Source: the human T2T-CHM13v2.0 reference genome, Homo sapiens
Strand: one strand, 5' to 3'
DNA: 64,000 nucleotides
NCBI RefSeq assembly: GCF_009914755.1
Contig: NC_060927.1
Shown here: positions 43,645-58,183 of the stretch, piece after piece
How the letters are laid out: every line of letters begins with the position of its first letter
Position numbering within the stretch: the first letter of the stretch is position 1
Translations under genes and position numbers: made by a program
The notes under the pieces: generated by a model
Told to the model about the DNA's origin: nothing
The model's database searches: none
What the model saw: the letters and a program-made list of their open reading frames with translations, nothing else

Positions 43645-44407
43645 CTGAGGAGAAATAAATAGAAAAGTCAGACCTTACTAGGTAAAACCCCAACATTCCA
43701 GTGGCATGGTGAAGATGATGGGGGCTTACACTTGTTAAGAAGTCTTATTTGCAAAATGGTACTCTTTTGCTAAGGATTGAATTTGAAAGTTTGCTTTGTT
43801 TTGGAAATTGTTCTTGATTGAATAATCTCCTGCCTGGTAGGTATTCAGCTGTATCTGTTACATGTAATTTGAGTACTTAGGAACATTTGTCGCTGTTCCA
43901 GCTTTCACTTGAATTTCAAAAGCTGCTGCTTTTAGTTTGATAGAAAAACTTCATGGTAAAAATCACCAAGATGCCATGAACTACAGTTGGTATAAAAATT
44001 ATGCAAATATTAATGCTGTATGTGCAGATGTATCTCATTAAGGAATTGGAGATTGTAAGGTCTAATTGGGAAGTTTGACAGCTGTTATTAAACTATCATG
44101 GGTTCCCTTTGTGGATGTACTCACTGGTATTTTCATTCTAGACATGCAGGAGAGGATTCATTGACTAGCTTTTTGGAAGAGTATAGATTCATTATGCTTT
44201 TTAAATTAAACTGATGTGTCTTTAAGTGAGGAAAAATATGCATGGTGTTTCTCTAAACCTTCATCAGTTTGCTTTTTCCCACAAATGGGTTTTTAGAAAT
44301 TCAAGAAACAGTACATGTAGTGGGTTTCAAACAAACTTCCTACGCAAAACATTGCTCCACTGTGGCCCTTTTACATCCTTTTTGGGAATTACTGTTGATG
44401 TAATTAC

Positions 44408-44487
44408 CTGATTCAGTACTGAATGCCACTGTGTTGCTGACCGGGCCTTCACCAAGCGGGTTTTTGGGTTTCACCTGGAATTCATAA
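44408..44487 (-). CDS. ABI3BP: ABI3BP exon, end of fibronectin type III domain
   Basis: aaacag| acceptor, CAG|gtaatt donor; 80 nt; SYEFQVKPKNPLGEGPVSNTVAFSTES. Confidence 0.93.
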
Positions 44488-46038
44488 CTGTTTAGGGGAA
44501 AATAAAAAAATACTTGTAATACATTCTTGAGGGCTAGGAGGCAACATTGCCCTATTATACGGACATCCACTATACTGACATCCCTTTGAAATTATGACAG
44601 TGAATGGTAACATATGTTCCAGAAGCAGGTTGAGGAAAGAAAAATGATTTCTTAGTTTTACTATCTGAACAGCTTGTCTAATGTTTGAGTAAGCATTAAG
44701 TTAATAAAAAAGATGGTTGTCTTTAAAAATCTCCCAATTAGTACAAATGACTTGGCAGGTTAATAAACATATAAGAAAGTGGTATATGGTAGACAAAGGC
44801 TAATTCCAGTAACAAGGAGCCTGTTTCTTTAAGATGTCTCAGCTACTTCCTGGGGCCAAGAAGTGGCAAGATTCCATTTTATTTTCTGTTATCCCAACCC
44901 TGAGTATAACCCTGGACTTAGGCCATCTTTCTCACTGTGGAGTTTGAACTACTTATGTCAGAATCACATCATAGGGTGGCAGTGGTGAAAGTGTCTTGTC
45001 CTACTCTAGGTATTGAAGCAATTTTTGAGGAGATTCAGGTAAGAATTTATAACTTCCCTAGGTGAGTCATGTGCCCACTGAAGTTTGAGAACTACTAGAC
45101 TAAGCTATAGTTAGTCTGTTTAACTGTAGACTAAGCTATGGGAATAGATACACATAAATGTTTCTTTGCAAGGACTTCCTAGTTGTATCGCCTGGAACTT
45201 GGGTCTTCTGTGGATCACAGGATTCTATGATGTCTCCAGAAAAGAGGCATGGTAATGTTGCCTTACAAAGAGCAGGAACACAAACACAGGCATTTCTCTC
45301 CCTCCATACCCCAAATTCATATCGGCCAGTCCCTTAACCTTTTGTTAAACAAAACCCCCAAACAACCCTAGGTCCCTTGGAATTATAAGTTCCGTTGATT
45401 GTATCCTTAAGAATTATTCTTCAAATTATTGTGCAGTATTAGCAATTTTTATTCATAAAATATGTAAGCAAAGCAAATCTTTTAAAGAAATGTAAACAGT
45501 AAAGCAATTTGCCATTTGCCTGAAATTAAGATTTCCCTTCAGCAGCAAGTGGACTTGGCAGTGAAAGAACATTGAATTCAAAAGTCAACCTGAGTCAGCT
45601 GATAATATTTTGAGAGTTTCAGATTTGCTCAAGGCTTTTGGGAGATAAATTTCGTCTTTGAGAAGTTTATAATTAAATAAGAATGCAGAATGCACAAAAG
45701 ATAGATATTTTATAAACAAGTGAAAAATGGATGACAGCTGTCAGTTTGGTACGGATGGTACTAAATGAGCAGGAAAAAAAATTTGAGTCAGTTTCTTGAT
45801 CACTGAGGTATTGTGTTAACATTGCTAGTATCTAAGAACAGATTCTAGTGCTACAACAATGGCAACCATTTTCTGAATGCTTACTATGTATCAGATGCAT
45901 TAGACATTCTACATATATAAAGCAATACAACACATGTAAACCCTGATGAGATAAATCTTATCCTAATTTTCAGCTGAGAGCAATGAGGCTCAAAACACTT
46001 GTACTGTTACTATTTTTGCTTTTCAAAACTTTAAAACT

Positions 46039-46198
46039 GGCCAGGTGCGGTGGCTCGTGCCTGTAATCCCAGCACTTCGGGAGGCCGAGGCAGGCAGATC
46101 ACATGAGGTCCTGAGTTTGAGACCAGCCTGACCAACATGGAGAAACCCTGTCTCTACTAAAAATACAAAAATTAGCTGGGCATGGTGGCACATGCCTT
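46039..46198 (+). mobile_element. 3'-truncated AluS (left arm plus start of right arm)
   Basis: Stops at ggtggcacatgcct; no tail. Confidence 0.9.
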
Positions 46199-46859
46199 TG
46201 TCATTGTCATTTGCAATGAGAGATTGTTGATACAAAAACACCTTTGTCACCTACAGAAATCACACACACATGGGGTATTTTCACATGAAATATTTTCCAG
46301 AGATTAAATTTTTGCTAAGAGGCCTGAAAACAAAACAAAACAAAAAAGCCCATAGAACTACAGTGAACTGAAAATGGAAAAAAAGAAATCATAGCCATCT
46401 GGACTTTGATTCAAATGGGCAGTGCATTCCACATTCGTTCCAGGCCATTGCCAAAAGCCCTGTGCTTTGGCCAAGTCTGATTGCTGGAATTGTCTCCATG
46501 TCTTTTTATTTCACAGTTACGTACACTTAAGCTCCATTTTCAGCATGCCACATATACAAGCTACTTTTTGGGTTTTTTTTTTTTTTTTGGCCAATATTTT
46601 GTGATATTTGACAAGTTTCAAAGAAATTATTTTGCACTAAATTTAATTAACATGGGAACTGAAAGGCACATTTTTGTTTTGGCCTGATTAAACCCTATAT
46701 AACAAAAATTATTTGTGTTGGTAAAATTTTTTCTGAAGAAGCACATTTTGTCACAGATGAATGACATCATAGGTCTAAGAAATGTCTCAATATTGATTGT
46801 ACATAGAAAATAAAATTTAAAGTTTCAGGAAACAGTTATTTGAAGTAAGAAACTTCAAA

Positions 46860-47640
46860 TAGAAGTTTTGGAAGATAAAGTTGAGGACATTTCACAAATA
46901 CTAGAACAAAAAGTCAAAGAGATGAAAAAATGAGAGAAAAGAAAGTTGGAGAATTATTCCAGAGAATATGGTACCCAACTAGTAGGAATTGTAGAAGAAA
47001 GAAAGGAAAGGAGATAGAAAATTATCCTAGAAACTTTGTAATAAATTTCCCAGTACTGAAAGACAAGAGTTTCCAGATTGAAAAGACCTACTCTGCCCAG
47101 CAAAATGAATAAAAGAAAAAGGACTAAAACATGAGTTACAAAATTTCAGAGTACTGGGGTGATAAAGACAAGTCCTCAAAACTGAGAAGAAAATAGGTCC
47201 CGTTCAAGGGATCCAGAATCAGGATGACATTTGACTTTTTAACAGTAACACTGGAAGTTAGAAAATAGAACAATTCCTTCAAAAGTCTTCATTATATCCT
47301 AATATGTCCAGCTAAAGAATAGTATCAAAGTAAAACAACTTTTAAAACATGTGAGGACTCAAAAATATTGCCTTTTATAACTTTTCCTCAAGATTTATTT
47401 CTTTAGTGCTACAAAGTAATGGAGTAAACAAGGAAGAAGTCTTGTGATGCAGGAATTGGGATTCAAAACAGAGGCAAAGGATGTATAGGAATTCCAAAAG
47501 AGATGTTGCCATTAAAAACATACAACAAATAGAACAAAGAAATGACTGGAGTATTTGAGCATCTTGTGAAAAGGTCAGTCTAGACATAGGGATTTAATTG
47601 ACAGAAGTAATGGACAAAATGGTAAAAAAAAAATTTGCAT
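46860..47640 (+). mobile_element. Old L1 ORF1-region remnant
   Basis: aatttcccagtactgaaagacaagagtttccagattgaaaag etc. Confidence 0.6.
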
Positions 47641-47939
47641 CTGGGGAACCAAATTTAGCAACAGGGAGGAGATGCTTTTGTGATAATTTAATTTTAAAAC
47701 TGTACATATATTTCTGATGAAAATTAAAGAACTATAAGACCTACCACATCAAAATGAATATCTAAATGGAATGCAGTCCAGATGACAAATGCTGTCAAGC
47801 CTTTTGGCCCCATCTAGGACAAGCCAGGTAAATAAAGCCTCACAGAATGCCATGCCTGATTCTACCTGGGTAGGTGTAAATCCCCTCCAAAAACAAACAA
47901 ACAAAAAAAAAACAATCTTCCCCGCGCATCCCCATCAGG

Positions 47940-48210
47940 AGGCAGCATGATCCAGGGGGCGTTAAAAACATGGGTTCTAGAACCAGAAAGATTCACAGCT
48001 CACTAATGTGTGACTTTAAGGTAACTTAACCTCTCTGAGCTTCAGTTTACTCTTACATAAAAATGAGGATAATGCTATTTGTGAGGATACTATTCGTTAT
48101 AGTAATTATAACTTCACGGGGGCTATAAAAGCATCTGTGAGGATTAAATGAGAATGCATGTAAAAGCAAGGTGCTTGACACATAGTAATAAGTATTCACT
48201 AGTATCATAT
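47940..48210 (+). mobile_element. MIR SINE
   Basis: acttaacctctctgagcttcagttt...gtgaggattaaatgag. Confidence 0.75.
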
Positions 48211-50677
48211 TTGTATCTCTAGATAATTTTTTTTAAAGAGTTTCTGTTATTGGGGAATTTGACAAACACTGCCATAGAACTCTCAAGGCAGAACTCTTCT
48301 ATGGCCACACACTTGCTTTTTGCTTGTGAAGTTTATAAGAAGGGTATAGCCCACGGGTTATTGGAAAGATCGAAAATTTAACAGGTAAACCTTTCTGCCT
48401 GCCATCAACATAGATCCACAGGCTAAGAAAAAAATGTTATATTAATATTTCATTGAGTCTAGAAAGCACTAAAAAGCATTATCTCAGAAGAGTGGCATAA
48501 TAGAGGGTATTGTTTGACACCAACAGTTTGAGAGCAGCTGTAAAAATCAGCATGAGAACAAAAAAACATAGATCAGTTCATTGAAAAGTGAAAAACTAGG
48601 ATTTCAAAAAGTGTGACCTGTGGCTCATGAGCAAAACTGTTAAGAGACAAGAACCTCCAACCTGTAGGCTTCTAGCCTGAGACTGATTTCTTCTTTAGTG
48701 GAAGAGGTAATATCCTCAAGCATAACCTTCAGATCTGGATGGAGCAGATGCTTGCCATTCCCTACCCCGTTTTGATCCTTTCTATAATCTTTTCCTTCTA
48801 TTTTTTGCCTACAATTTAGAACTGAAGTAAAGTTTTCATTATTTAATAAACTTTTTAGTTACATACTCCTTACTGATTTAAAAAGTTGGTTTTCATTCTA
48901 ACAAAAGTCTTACAAATCTCAAGCAAACTGTTTTTTATATAGAAAGTCTACCCTATAGCTGTTGGTTTGAGTTGTTCAGCCGAGTTTTACCCCTAGTGTA
49001 GTCGTGAAATATTTGATCCCCATTCAGGTGAAGGTTCAGAGGGAGATAAATGGACAAGTAGAATAAGAAAAAAAGAGGAAGGACTGCTCAACATGGGAAA
49101 GGAGAATCTAATCAGTTTGGGTAAGCTTGACTGCAAGGACACTGAAGGATTATGGTAAGCATTTCTGGATACCTGCCACATGTAAAGTTATTATGCTGAT
49201 CTGGGAACACAGATAAGGAGCAAGAGGGGAGAGCCAAGGGGGCACTCAGAAGACAAAATAAGGGTAAATCAGGGTATCAGTAGTCGTGGGGTCATAAACT
49301 AGCTGGCTCTTATGCCATAAGGGGCATTTTTTTGTGTTCCCCCACTTCTGTGGGGACACAAATTCCAGAGTTGGGCTGTACTCTAATTCTGTGGTACTGT
49401 TATCACTTTCTTCCACTCCCTTCCTAAATGCCAAGCAATAGCAAAGAAAAATAAAACTATGTGGTTATGTGAGAGGGAATAGTTGTTCTCTTTATAGACT
49501 AGTGGAGTTATGTACTTTTAGGTAGCTGTCCTTCTGCCCCATGAAAAGTTGTCAAACTGAGCAATCAAGTCAATTTCTTCTTCAACAAGGAAGGAATTGG
49601 TCTGCTGCTGCCCACACCTACCACAAACTAAATAAAATGCCTGACGCTTTGGTAGCTTATTTTACTCCTTTCTACAAAGCCCATAAGAAGAGATGTTGAG
49701 AAGTTAATACAGAATATGCAGAGACTAGAATTTCGCAGAAACACTATGAAAAGGGTATAATGGCTATTCCACATGCCTGCATCATTCAGCCAGATTGACA
49801 GTGTATAAGAAATTGCTGTGTCTATTCCAGCTAACCAGTGCCAACATTTTATTAAATCAACAAAACAACAGTCCCAAACCATCATTGCTGCCAGCTATAG
49901 GATACTTTGGTAAGTTTCAGTCTTAGAGGAAGATTTGTTCTTCAAAATCCTCCCAAGCCAGAGAGGTCAGTAAAAGTACTTGAGCAGATTAAGTGAATTT
50001 GATTTATCTCAATTACTAGACAGTACATTTTCCATAGGAAATTATTAGACCACATGTAAGTCTGGCACACACAATGAATTCTTTAATTTTTCAGTAAAGT
50101 AAGGAGAGAGGTGAGTTCATTGGAAGAGAAGAGTAGGATTAAAGGGCTTTTTCAGTGTGCAGTGATTGTGTGTGTTCATCCATTTGCCCAGCCAGTTCAT
50201 TAGGAAGAACTCCGTCCATCAGTGGATTATCAAAATGTGTGCTAGAAACAATTCATCTGAAAACAAATTGCAGACTGCAGACAGAGATTTAAAGACAAAA
50301 AAAAAAGTTTACTGGGACAATTCTGCTTGTTATGGGATTGAGCTAGGTTTTAGTTTTCAGTTTCAGTTCTCTGGCCGACTCCATGCATGGCTTTGAATAT
50401 CACAGAATTATATCATTTTAGAGCTGGAGGAGACTTAAGAGAACGATAATCCACACTCACTGTCCCAATAAGCAGTGGTGTAAGACTTATTAAGGCATAC
50501 TTTATCAGCTGCTCTATTCGCAGAACTAAAGCTAATCATAGTGGTCTTTGCAAAGTGGTTTGCTCTAGATAGGAGAGGCTCTTAATATTTTTCTTTTAGT
50601 TTAACAAGAGGCATACATTGCCTAAGGAGACACACAGAGGATTGGTGTTCTTGGGTAATTGTATGGCAGAGAGGGTT

Positions 50678-50933
50678 TTTTTTTAAAATTTTCATTTTAG
50701 GGGTACATGTGCAGGTTTGTTATGTAGGTAAACTCATGTCACAGGAGTTCGTTGTACAGATTATTTTGTCACTCAGATACAAAGCCTAGCACTCAATAGT
50801 TGATTTTTCTGCTCCTCTCCCTTCTCCCACCCTTCAGTGGACCCCAGTGTCTGCTGTTCCCCTCTTTATGTCCATGTGTTCTCCTCATTTGGCTCCCACT
50901 TATAAGAGAACATACAGTACTTGGTTTTCTGTT
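50678..50933 (-). mobile_element. L1PA/PB 3' end fragment
   Basis: ggggtacatgtgcaggtttgtta...ggctcccacttataagagaacata. Confidence 0.85.
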
Positions 50934-52971
50934 AGAAGAGGACCTCTAGGTTAGAAATAAATGGAAAGTAAATACTGGGGAGGGTAGATGAGTACTGATT
51001 GAGCTGGATACCAATATCTACAATTTCTTTTTATTTTAGGAGTAAGGGGTGAGAGAGGGATCCCCTAAAGAGATGAAATTTGCCTGTGTTAACATCTCTT
51101 TTGCATCATTTGACTAAAACAATCACATCTCCCCACAAATGACAACCCCTTCCCTGTGCACATATGTAACCACAGTGCACTGCAGCTGGTAGCCAGGCTG
51201 GGGAGGCCCCTTAAGGCCACCTTTGGAGCTGCACCCAGCTGCACCTTTGGAGCTGCACCCATGTGGCTCTCTATTGACAAGAATGTCTAATGCCAGGTGT
51301 GGAGCTAAACTCTACCATTAGCAAAACAGCTGCTGGATGGTCCTTTGGACAATTTTTTGAGCTTCTGGCAGGCTAGATAAAAACCTGCTTATGTCATGAA
51401 AACAAGCAGGAGAAGGTTGGTATACACTGTGAAAGGAAAGGTAGGGGAATACTCCACTGTCACTCTGTTTCAGGATTAGGGTGTGAGCATTCAGAATTTC
51501 TAACAAAAGCACTCTATAGATCTCTAATCCCTGCCTTGTTTCTCCTGTGTTAAGTGTTGTAACGTGAAGCTCTACTCCACCCATGTCTGTGGGTAAAGTT
51601 TAGCCAGTAATTATCATCTGAATTCAGATCTCATGTTTTTTAGTCAGGACAAGTGATGGAAAATGCTACTAAAATAAATGATTTACATATATCTCCTAGT
51701 GTTGGAACACTGCTGTAATAATTCTTTCAGAAGCTTTGATCCATCTTCCAGTTATTCAAATAGGGAATTCCAGAACCTCATGAGGGAATTTTAACAGCTA
51801 TAATTCAAAGTTTATCTATTTCAAAAATTCAACTTTGCCATACACTTTGATTCCAAATTTCCTCCAAGCATTGAAATATGACTAGAGTTATTATTATTAT
51901 TTTTTTACAGCTAACAAGAGCCATGTGGTGGCTGCATCCTGTACATACTTCCTCTTTATTTTATGGTGTCTTTTATTAGTGTTAATCTTGGATCATGGTT
52001 GGGTAGAAGAAACACAATGGAAAGAAACCTTGCCTTAACAACTTAAGGTAGTATGAAAAAAGCTTTTCATACTATTTGGACACTAGTGATTTTATTATTC
52101 TGGCTGTAGCCTTGCTATCAGTAGTAAGTTTGAGAACTACTTGTGTGTCACCTAAATCATGTATATGGATTTGATGAGAAAGAAAAATAGTGTTATTGTT
52201 TTTCCTTTCCTTGTTGGCTTACCCCTTCCATCCTATTCTTTATCAAATTCTAGTCTCAAGTATTCTATGAAGCGTTCTCTCCTAAATCACAGAACCTTGG
52301 TATCAATCCTACACTTACTTGGTATGCTTTTTTTATGATCTCCAATTATTTAACAGGTGTTACTTTTGTTTCCCCAGATACTTTTAGGCTTCAGAAATCT
52401 CTAATTGAAATAATTTACCTCATTTTACTTTTCCATAATTCATTATTTTTTCTAATGGAGATTTCAATATATTTTAATATTTCAGCCCAAACATTTTTGC
52501 TCATTGAATCTCTGACATACCTGGTAAAAGAGATGTGAAATTCATTCAGAGGCTCATCGGAGGCTAGGATCTATTGAACTCCTTGACCACCATAAAGTTT
52601 CACATACTGAGGACTAAACAGTGTTCATGAAAGCACCTTTACATCCATATGTATTATATTTTTCCCCAAATGCAAAAATGTTCTTTACTTCAGACTACTG
52701 ATTTACAACTCCTAAGTCATGATCCATTAGTTAGGGACTACCAATATAATCCTGGCCAAATCATTTATATGAAAATTAATGATTTTGATATCCTGATGGA
52801 TTTCACTGAACCATACCAAATTCTTAAAATAATGTTAAGTAAGCCACATATAATAGACACACTGAATGACCTCAAATTAGTGCCAGTGGTAAAATTCGGC
52901 ATGGGATCCTGATTTAGAAGGCCCTAAACTTGATTTAACATTGCTTTTTCCCAAAGCTAAATCTAGACGGG

Positions 52972-53285
<314 letters not shown>

Positions 53286-53829
53286 CTAGACAGGCACTCC
53301 TCTGGGCTTTGCTAGTCTTGAGGTAAGGATAGGTTTTAGGGGTCCTCCTCAGAAGGCCCACTGACAAAAGACAGGAGCAATAAACAGGACATATAATGAG
53401 GGTGGGATAAAGAGGGCCATACTGTCTTTCAGTGTGAAGCAATTTCTAGAAACAGCTAGAATAAGTCCTAAAACAATTACAACCAGAAGCTACATGTGAG
53501 CCCCATGACCTGTGATTACAGAATAAAATGCATCTTAGCCCTGGGGCACTTTTCTCTACCTACTTCACCAGGCAGGTCAGATACCCAAATGGCACTCTTG
53601 CCAAGACATGAACAAAAAGTTATTTTTTATTAGATTTATTCCAGCAACTGTTGCTCAATATAAACAGGCTCAAATACTAAAAGTGATTATTCCGACTAAA
53701 AGCCAGAATGAAAACACAAATGAAAAGTGGGAGCAAGTCATCCTCCCAATTACCACCCTTCAGAGTCTCCCCATCTCCTGATCTGGCTTATAAGACCCTC
53801 TCCACCCTGGCTTCCCACTGTTTCCTTTG

Positions 53830-54222
53830 CCTCCCATCCACTTACCGTTACTCATGCTGAGGTAAAAATAGCCTATTTTTCACTGCACACAACCATGCCA
53901 TTTTGGCCCTCCGTGTACTGACATACACTATTCTAACACTCTCTTTGCCTATAATCACCTGACTAGCTCCTTCCCACTCATACTTCAAGCCTCAGACCAG
54001 GTGTCACCTTCTTCAGGAAGATTTTCCTAATTTCTGATGACGTTGCGTAGTGCCTCCCACCCTGGGATCCCATAGCACCTTGGGCATGCTTCATTCAGAG
54101 TTCTCACTACTTTGTGTAGAATCCTTGGTCATTAACTGCCTCTCCTCTAGCCTTGAGTTCAAGGGCAGCCACCATGTTTATTCGTGTGTGTAGCCATACT
54201 TAATAAATGTTTGCTGAATGGA
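53830..54222 (+). mobile_element. L2 3' remnant
   Basis: gtcaccttcttcaggaag...aataaatgtttgctgaatg. Confidence 0.6.
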
Positions 54223-55635
54223 AATGCAAATGCAAACCTTTTAAAAACAAATTGGGTTTAAAATGATACTGAAATAACTGTATTCAACATTCAGATCATG
54301 AGCTAATAAGTGCACTGTGAGAAGATCTGAGGACAGTCCAATTCAGAAAAAAACCACAGTGAACATTTAGAAACTGGATGCCTTTCAATGACTGTCTTGT
54401 ACTTTACAAGTCACTTTTTATAAAGTGGAATAAAAAGCAGAAAACGGAAAAGCCAACTTTCATAAGCACAAATTCACCTATTAAAAAGTCCAAATTAAGT
54501 GACCTTTTCTTTCACTCATTCCTTCAAATATATTATGGCAAAACAGACTTTCTCCCCCTCTCGATCTAAGGAAATGCTAAGGAAACAGAACAAAGAGCAA
54601 ATGGGCTTTTACTGACATATGCTTATTTTGGCTAAAAGTCTTTTAAGAAAATTAGCAGTTGTAAAATATATCTTAGAGAACTTTAAAGAAAAACCCCATG
54701 CTTGTGAAAGAAGTATTGTTTTTGCAGTATCGGACTAGTTTATACACAGTGAACTGCCTGTAGTGAATTAGATGGTCCTCCCTTTTCTACAAAAAGATCA
54801 GAAGAGTCTCCCTACTGTCAGAGCCAAAATAGGCTCTTTTGAGCGTCACTATCAATAACTAATTCAATTCAATCAATTGATGACAATGTGAACATTATGA
54901 AAAAAAAAAAAAAAACTTGGAACTTCCTTACTACATTTCTAGAAATGTCTAAGACACTTATTTTTCTTTCAGTAATAAAATGAACTAATAAAATGTTGGA
55001 TATTTTAGATTGAAAAAAGAATCACAAAACTGTACAGCAATATGAACAACCTGGTATCAATGTGTAATAAACAGGGATACTTAGAAAAGTTATCAAACAA
55101 CGTTAAAGATATGTAACTCTTGTCAAAACCCTATTTCATTTTATCCATGATAAAAGGTCCCAAAGCAAAGAATTGCTGTGCCTGAGACTAGTCTGTAGTT
55201 ATTTTAAGTATTAACGCTTAAAAACTTTCACCTACATTTTGTCACAAGACTTTCCTTTTCTTGCCCTCTCCTTTCCAGCGTTTTAATTTTTTGGTGCTTC
55301 CCATGTAGTTTACATTATGCACAGTCCAGTTGTCACTGGTCCACAGACTTTTATTTTTGTATTTAATATCAACATTTGGTATCAGATGTTTTTTTAAAGA
55401 TGTAATACTGTTAATTAACAAGACCACCTTGTCAGCAATTTTAAACCCACCAGTAATTCAAGTATTTGCAAAACATGACTCCAGAGGTATCTAGTGCTAT
55501 ATATAGAAAACCCAAGAGTGAAATGGAAGCTAGAGCCACCCTCAAGACAGAGAAGATGATTATCATTTCTTTCCCTTGTTGTGGTTATAACTTTTGCACT
55601 CTCAGAATTTACCTGGAATAGCACTGGTGGCTTAC

Positions 55636-55744
55636 CTCGTGTTTGGTTTCAGATTTTCTACTGTGGAAAATGTCTGATTTGTCATTTGAATGGACTTGTT
55701 CTTCCCACTGAATGACCCATTTTCTCTGGATATAACTTCATATT
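55636..55744 (-). CDS. ABI3BP: ABI3BP exon, middle of FN3 domain
   Basis: ttacag| acceptor, GAG|gtaagc donor; 109 nt; EYEVISRENGSFSGKNKSIQMTNQTFSTVENLKPNT. LKPNT-SY is the FN3 tyrosine corner. Confidence 0.93.
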
Positions 55745-56809
55745 CTGTAAAGCGAAAGAAGCCAACAGATACTTGTTTTTATTTCTTGGCTGACTTAATT
55801 GCTCCTGAAGCTAATAGCATAAAAAAGCCACTTACATAAAGTAAGCAATTGAGATGGAAGTTCTAGAGACATATTGATCTTACACATTGGCAATTTCCAT
55901 ATGGGGATGGTCAGCAGATGAAGGCTCCAGAAGCATTTTGGGATTTGTTCATTGACTATTTCTGCATTTCCTTTACCAGAGGCAAAGGAAGACCTGGTAA
56001 CTGGTGAAGACCCATGCCACGCCTGTGGTTGCTTTGGATACATAGCCTTTGATTTTGTTAGGTGAGTCAGATAGTCTGCCGCTGCTGCAAAGCCCCATTT
56101 GGGGAAAGCACTGTAGGAGGAGTGGTGCCTGAGTAGACATGTTCTCTGCTCTATGGGCTTTAGAATATAGTTGGGGAAAAGGCTACTGGATACCTGGTAT
56201 TGCTGCAGAAAACTTCTTTCAGTTGAGCATCACAGCACCAAATAGCAGCTAATCAAATAATAAACTCTACTTTTCTATAGTTCATTATTTTGAACTATAG
56301 GAGTAGTTGGTTTTTGTACTCGCTGACTACATAAGTTATGCTCCCATGATTATTTTCCTTGTATTGAAAAACAAATTATTGTCCTTAAAGTCTGCATAGA
56401 GGTCTGCCTAAATTTCACTTAAGGGCACATTTCTATGAACTTGCAGGGCTCATCAAAAGGGAAAGAAATTTAGAATAAGGGAATGCCATTTACACATTTG
56501 TTCATTGGATTTCTCTGCTCTCATTTGGGACTTAGCTTAATGCATGTGATGAGATGATACAGAGGACTAAAAAAGAACCAAAAACCCAAACAATAAACCC
56601 CACTCAAAATCAGCTCCATTAATATGAAGAAATATGCAAGTACTGGACATCAGACAAGGTGAAAAGGCTGCCAAAGATCTGGCAAGTTATATTAGGGATT
56701 TCTGCTGTTAGCACTGAGCCCAGTGGTATGAGATGAACATTGGAAATAAAATAAAAAACTAGAATAACCCAGATAGACCCCAATTCACCAATTCATATTT
56801 GGGGGAGGA

Positions 56810-57035
56810 TTTTTTTTTGTTGGGGAGGCTCACTGCAACCTCCGCCTCCCGGGGTCATGCTATCCTCCCACCTCAGCCTCCCGAGTAGCGCACCACCACA
56901 CCCAGCTAATTTTTTGTAGAGACAGGGTTTTGCCATGTTGCCCAGGCTGGTATTGAACTTCTGAGCTCAAGCGATCCACCCACCTCAGCTTCTCAAAAGT
57001 GTTGGGATTACAGGCGTGAGCCACTGCGCCCAGCC
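56810..57035 (-). mobile_element. AluJ with internal deletions
   Basis: Partial dimer, TSD-like gga(g/a)gattttt. Confidence 0.8.
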
Positions 57036-57861
57036 TTAGGAAGATTTTTCATTGCATATTTAAAATACCCCAAGAGGAGGATGATTTTTTCTGAACAATT
57101 TTGTATGACCATTCTTCCAAAAATTAAAAATTAAACTGGAAGACAGTGGCCATGGTTTCTGGATACTATTGGTGCAGCTATTAAAGTACTGATGACTGTT
57201 ATCTAGTGCTGTCACTGAGACTTCTTTTTGATCCAAAACTATCTCTCAGCTGGCTCTCCGAACGGACTGGAAAGGGAGAGGAAGGGAGAGAATTCTGAAT
57301 TAAAATCTGTCCATTTTATATTTTTTCCTCAGCTGTGAAGGGATATTTGTTAGAAAAAGATGGAAGGACTTAAAATGCAAGTAAAATTGATTAAAAAAAA
57401 AAAAAAAGGAAACCAAACAGCTTAATGGAAAGAAACAAATTAAGCCACCTGCCTTGAACTTGGTCTCAGTCCTCCCATCCGTGGAAGGTTAATAATATCT
57501 CTTCATACTACTGCTTATGGGGATTAAATTGGGTACAGGTGGAAAGTGCCTTGATAGTATTTTTCATAGATTTTGTTCAACAGGTGGTACCTATTATTAT
57601 GCTGCTTTTATTATTATTTATCATCCTTGAGTTGTGGTTTGAAAATATGACTAGAAAAATTTTAAGATTCCAATAGGAAAGGTTCACGTGCTGCTAAATC
57701 ACCAAAAGAACAATTTATATGACACTCCAGTTGGTTATGCACCAAAGCAACCACCTTCAGAAAGCATCTTTGGCTTGGGACATTCCTCAACTGTATGACA
57801 TTCTTCTTAATATTAAACCTGCCTTTTAGTAGTTGAAACTTCTATTGCATGTCTTCTCTGA

Positions 57862-58183
<322 letters not shown>

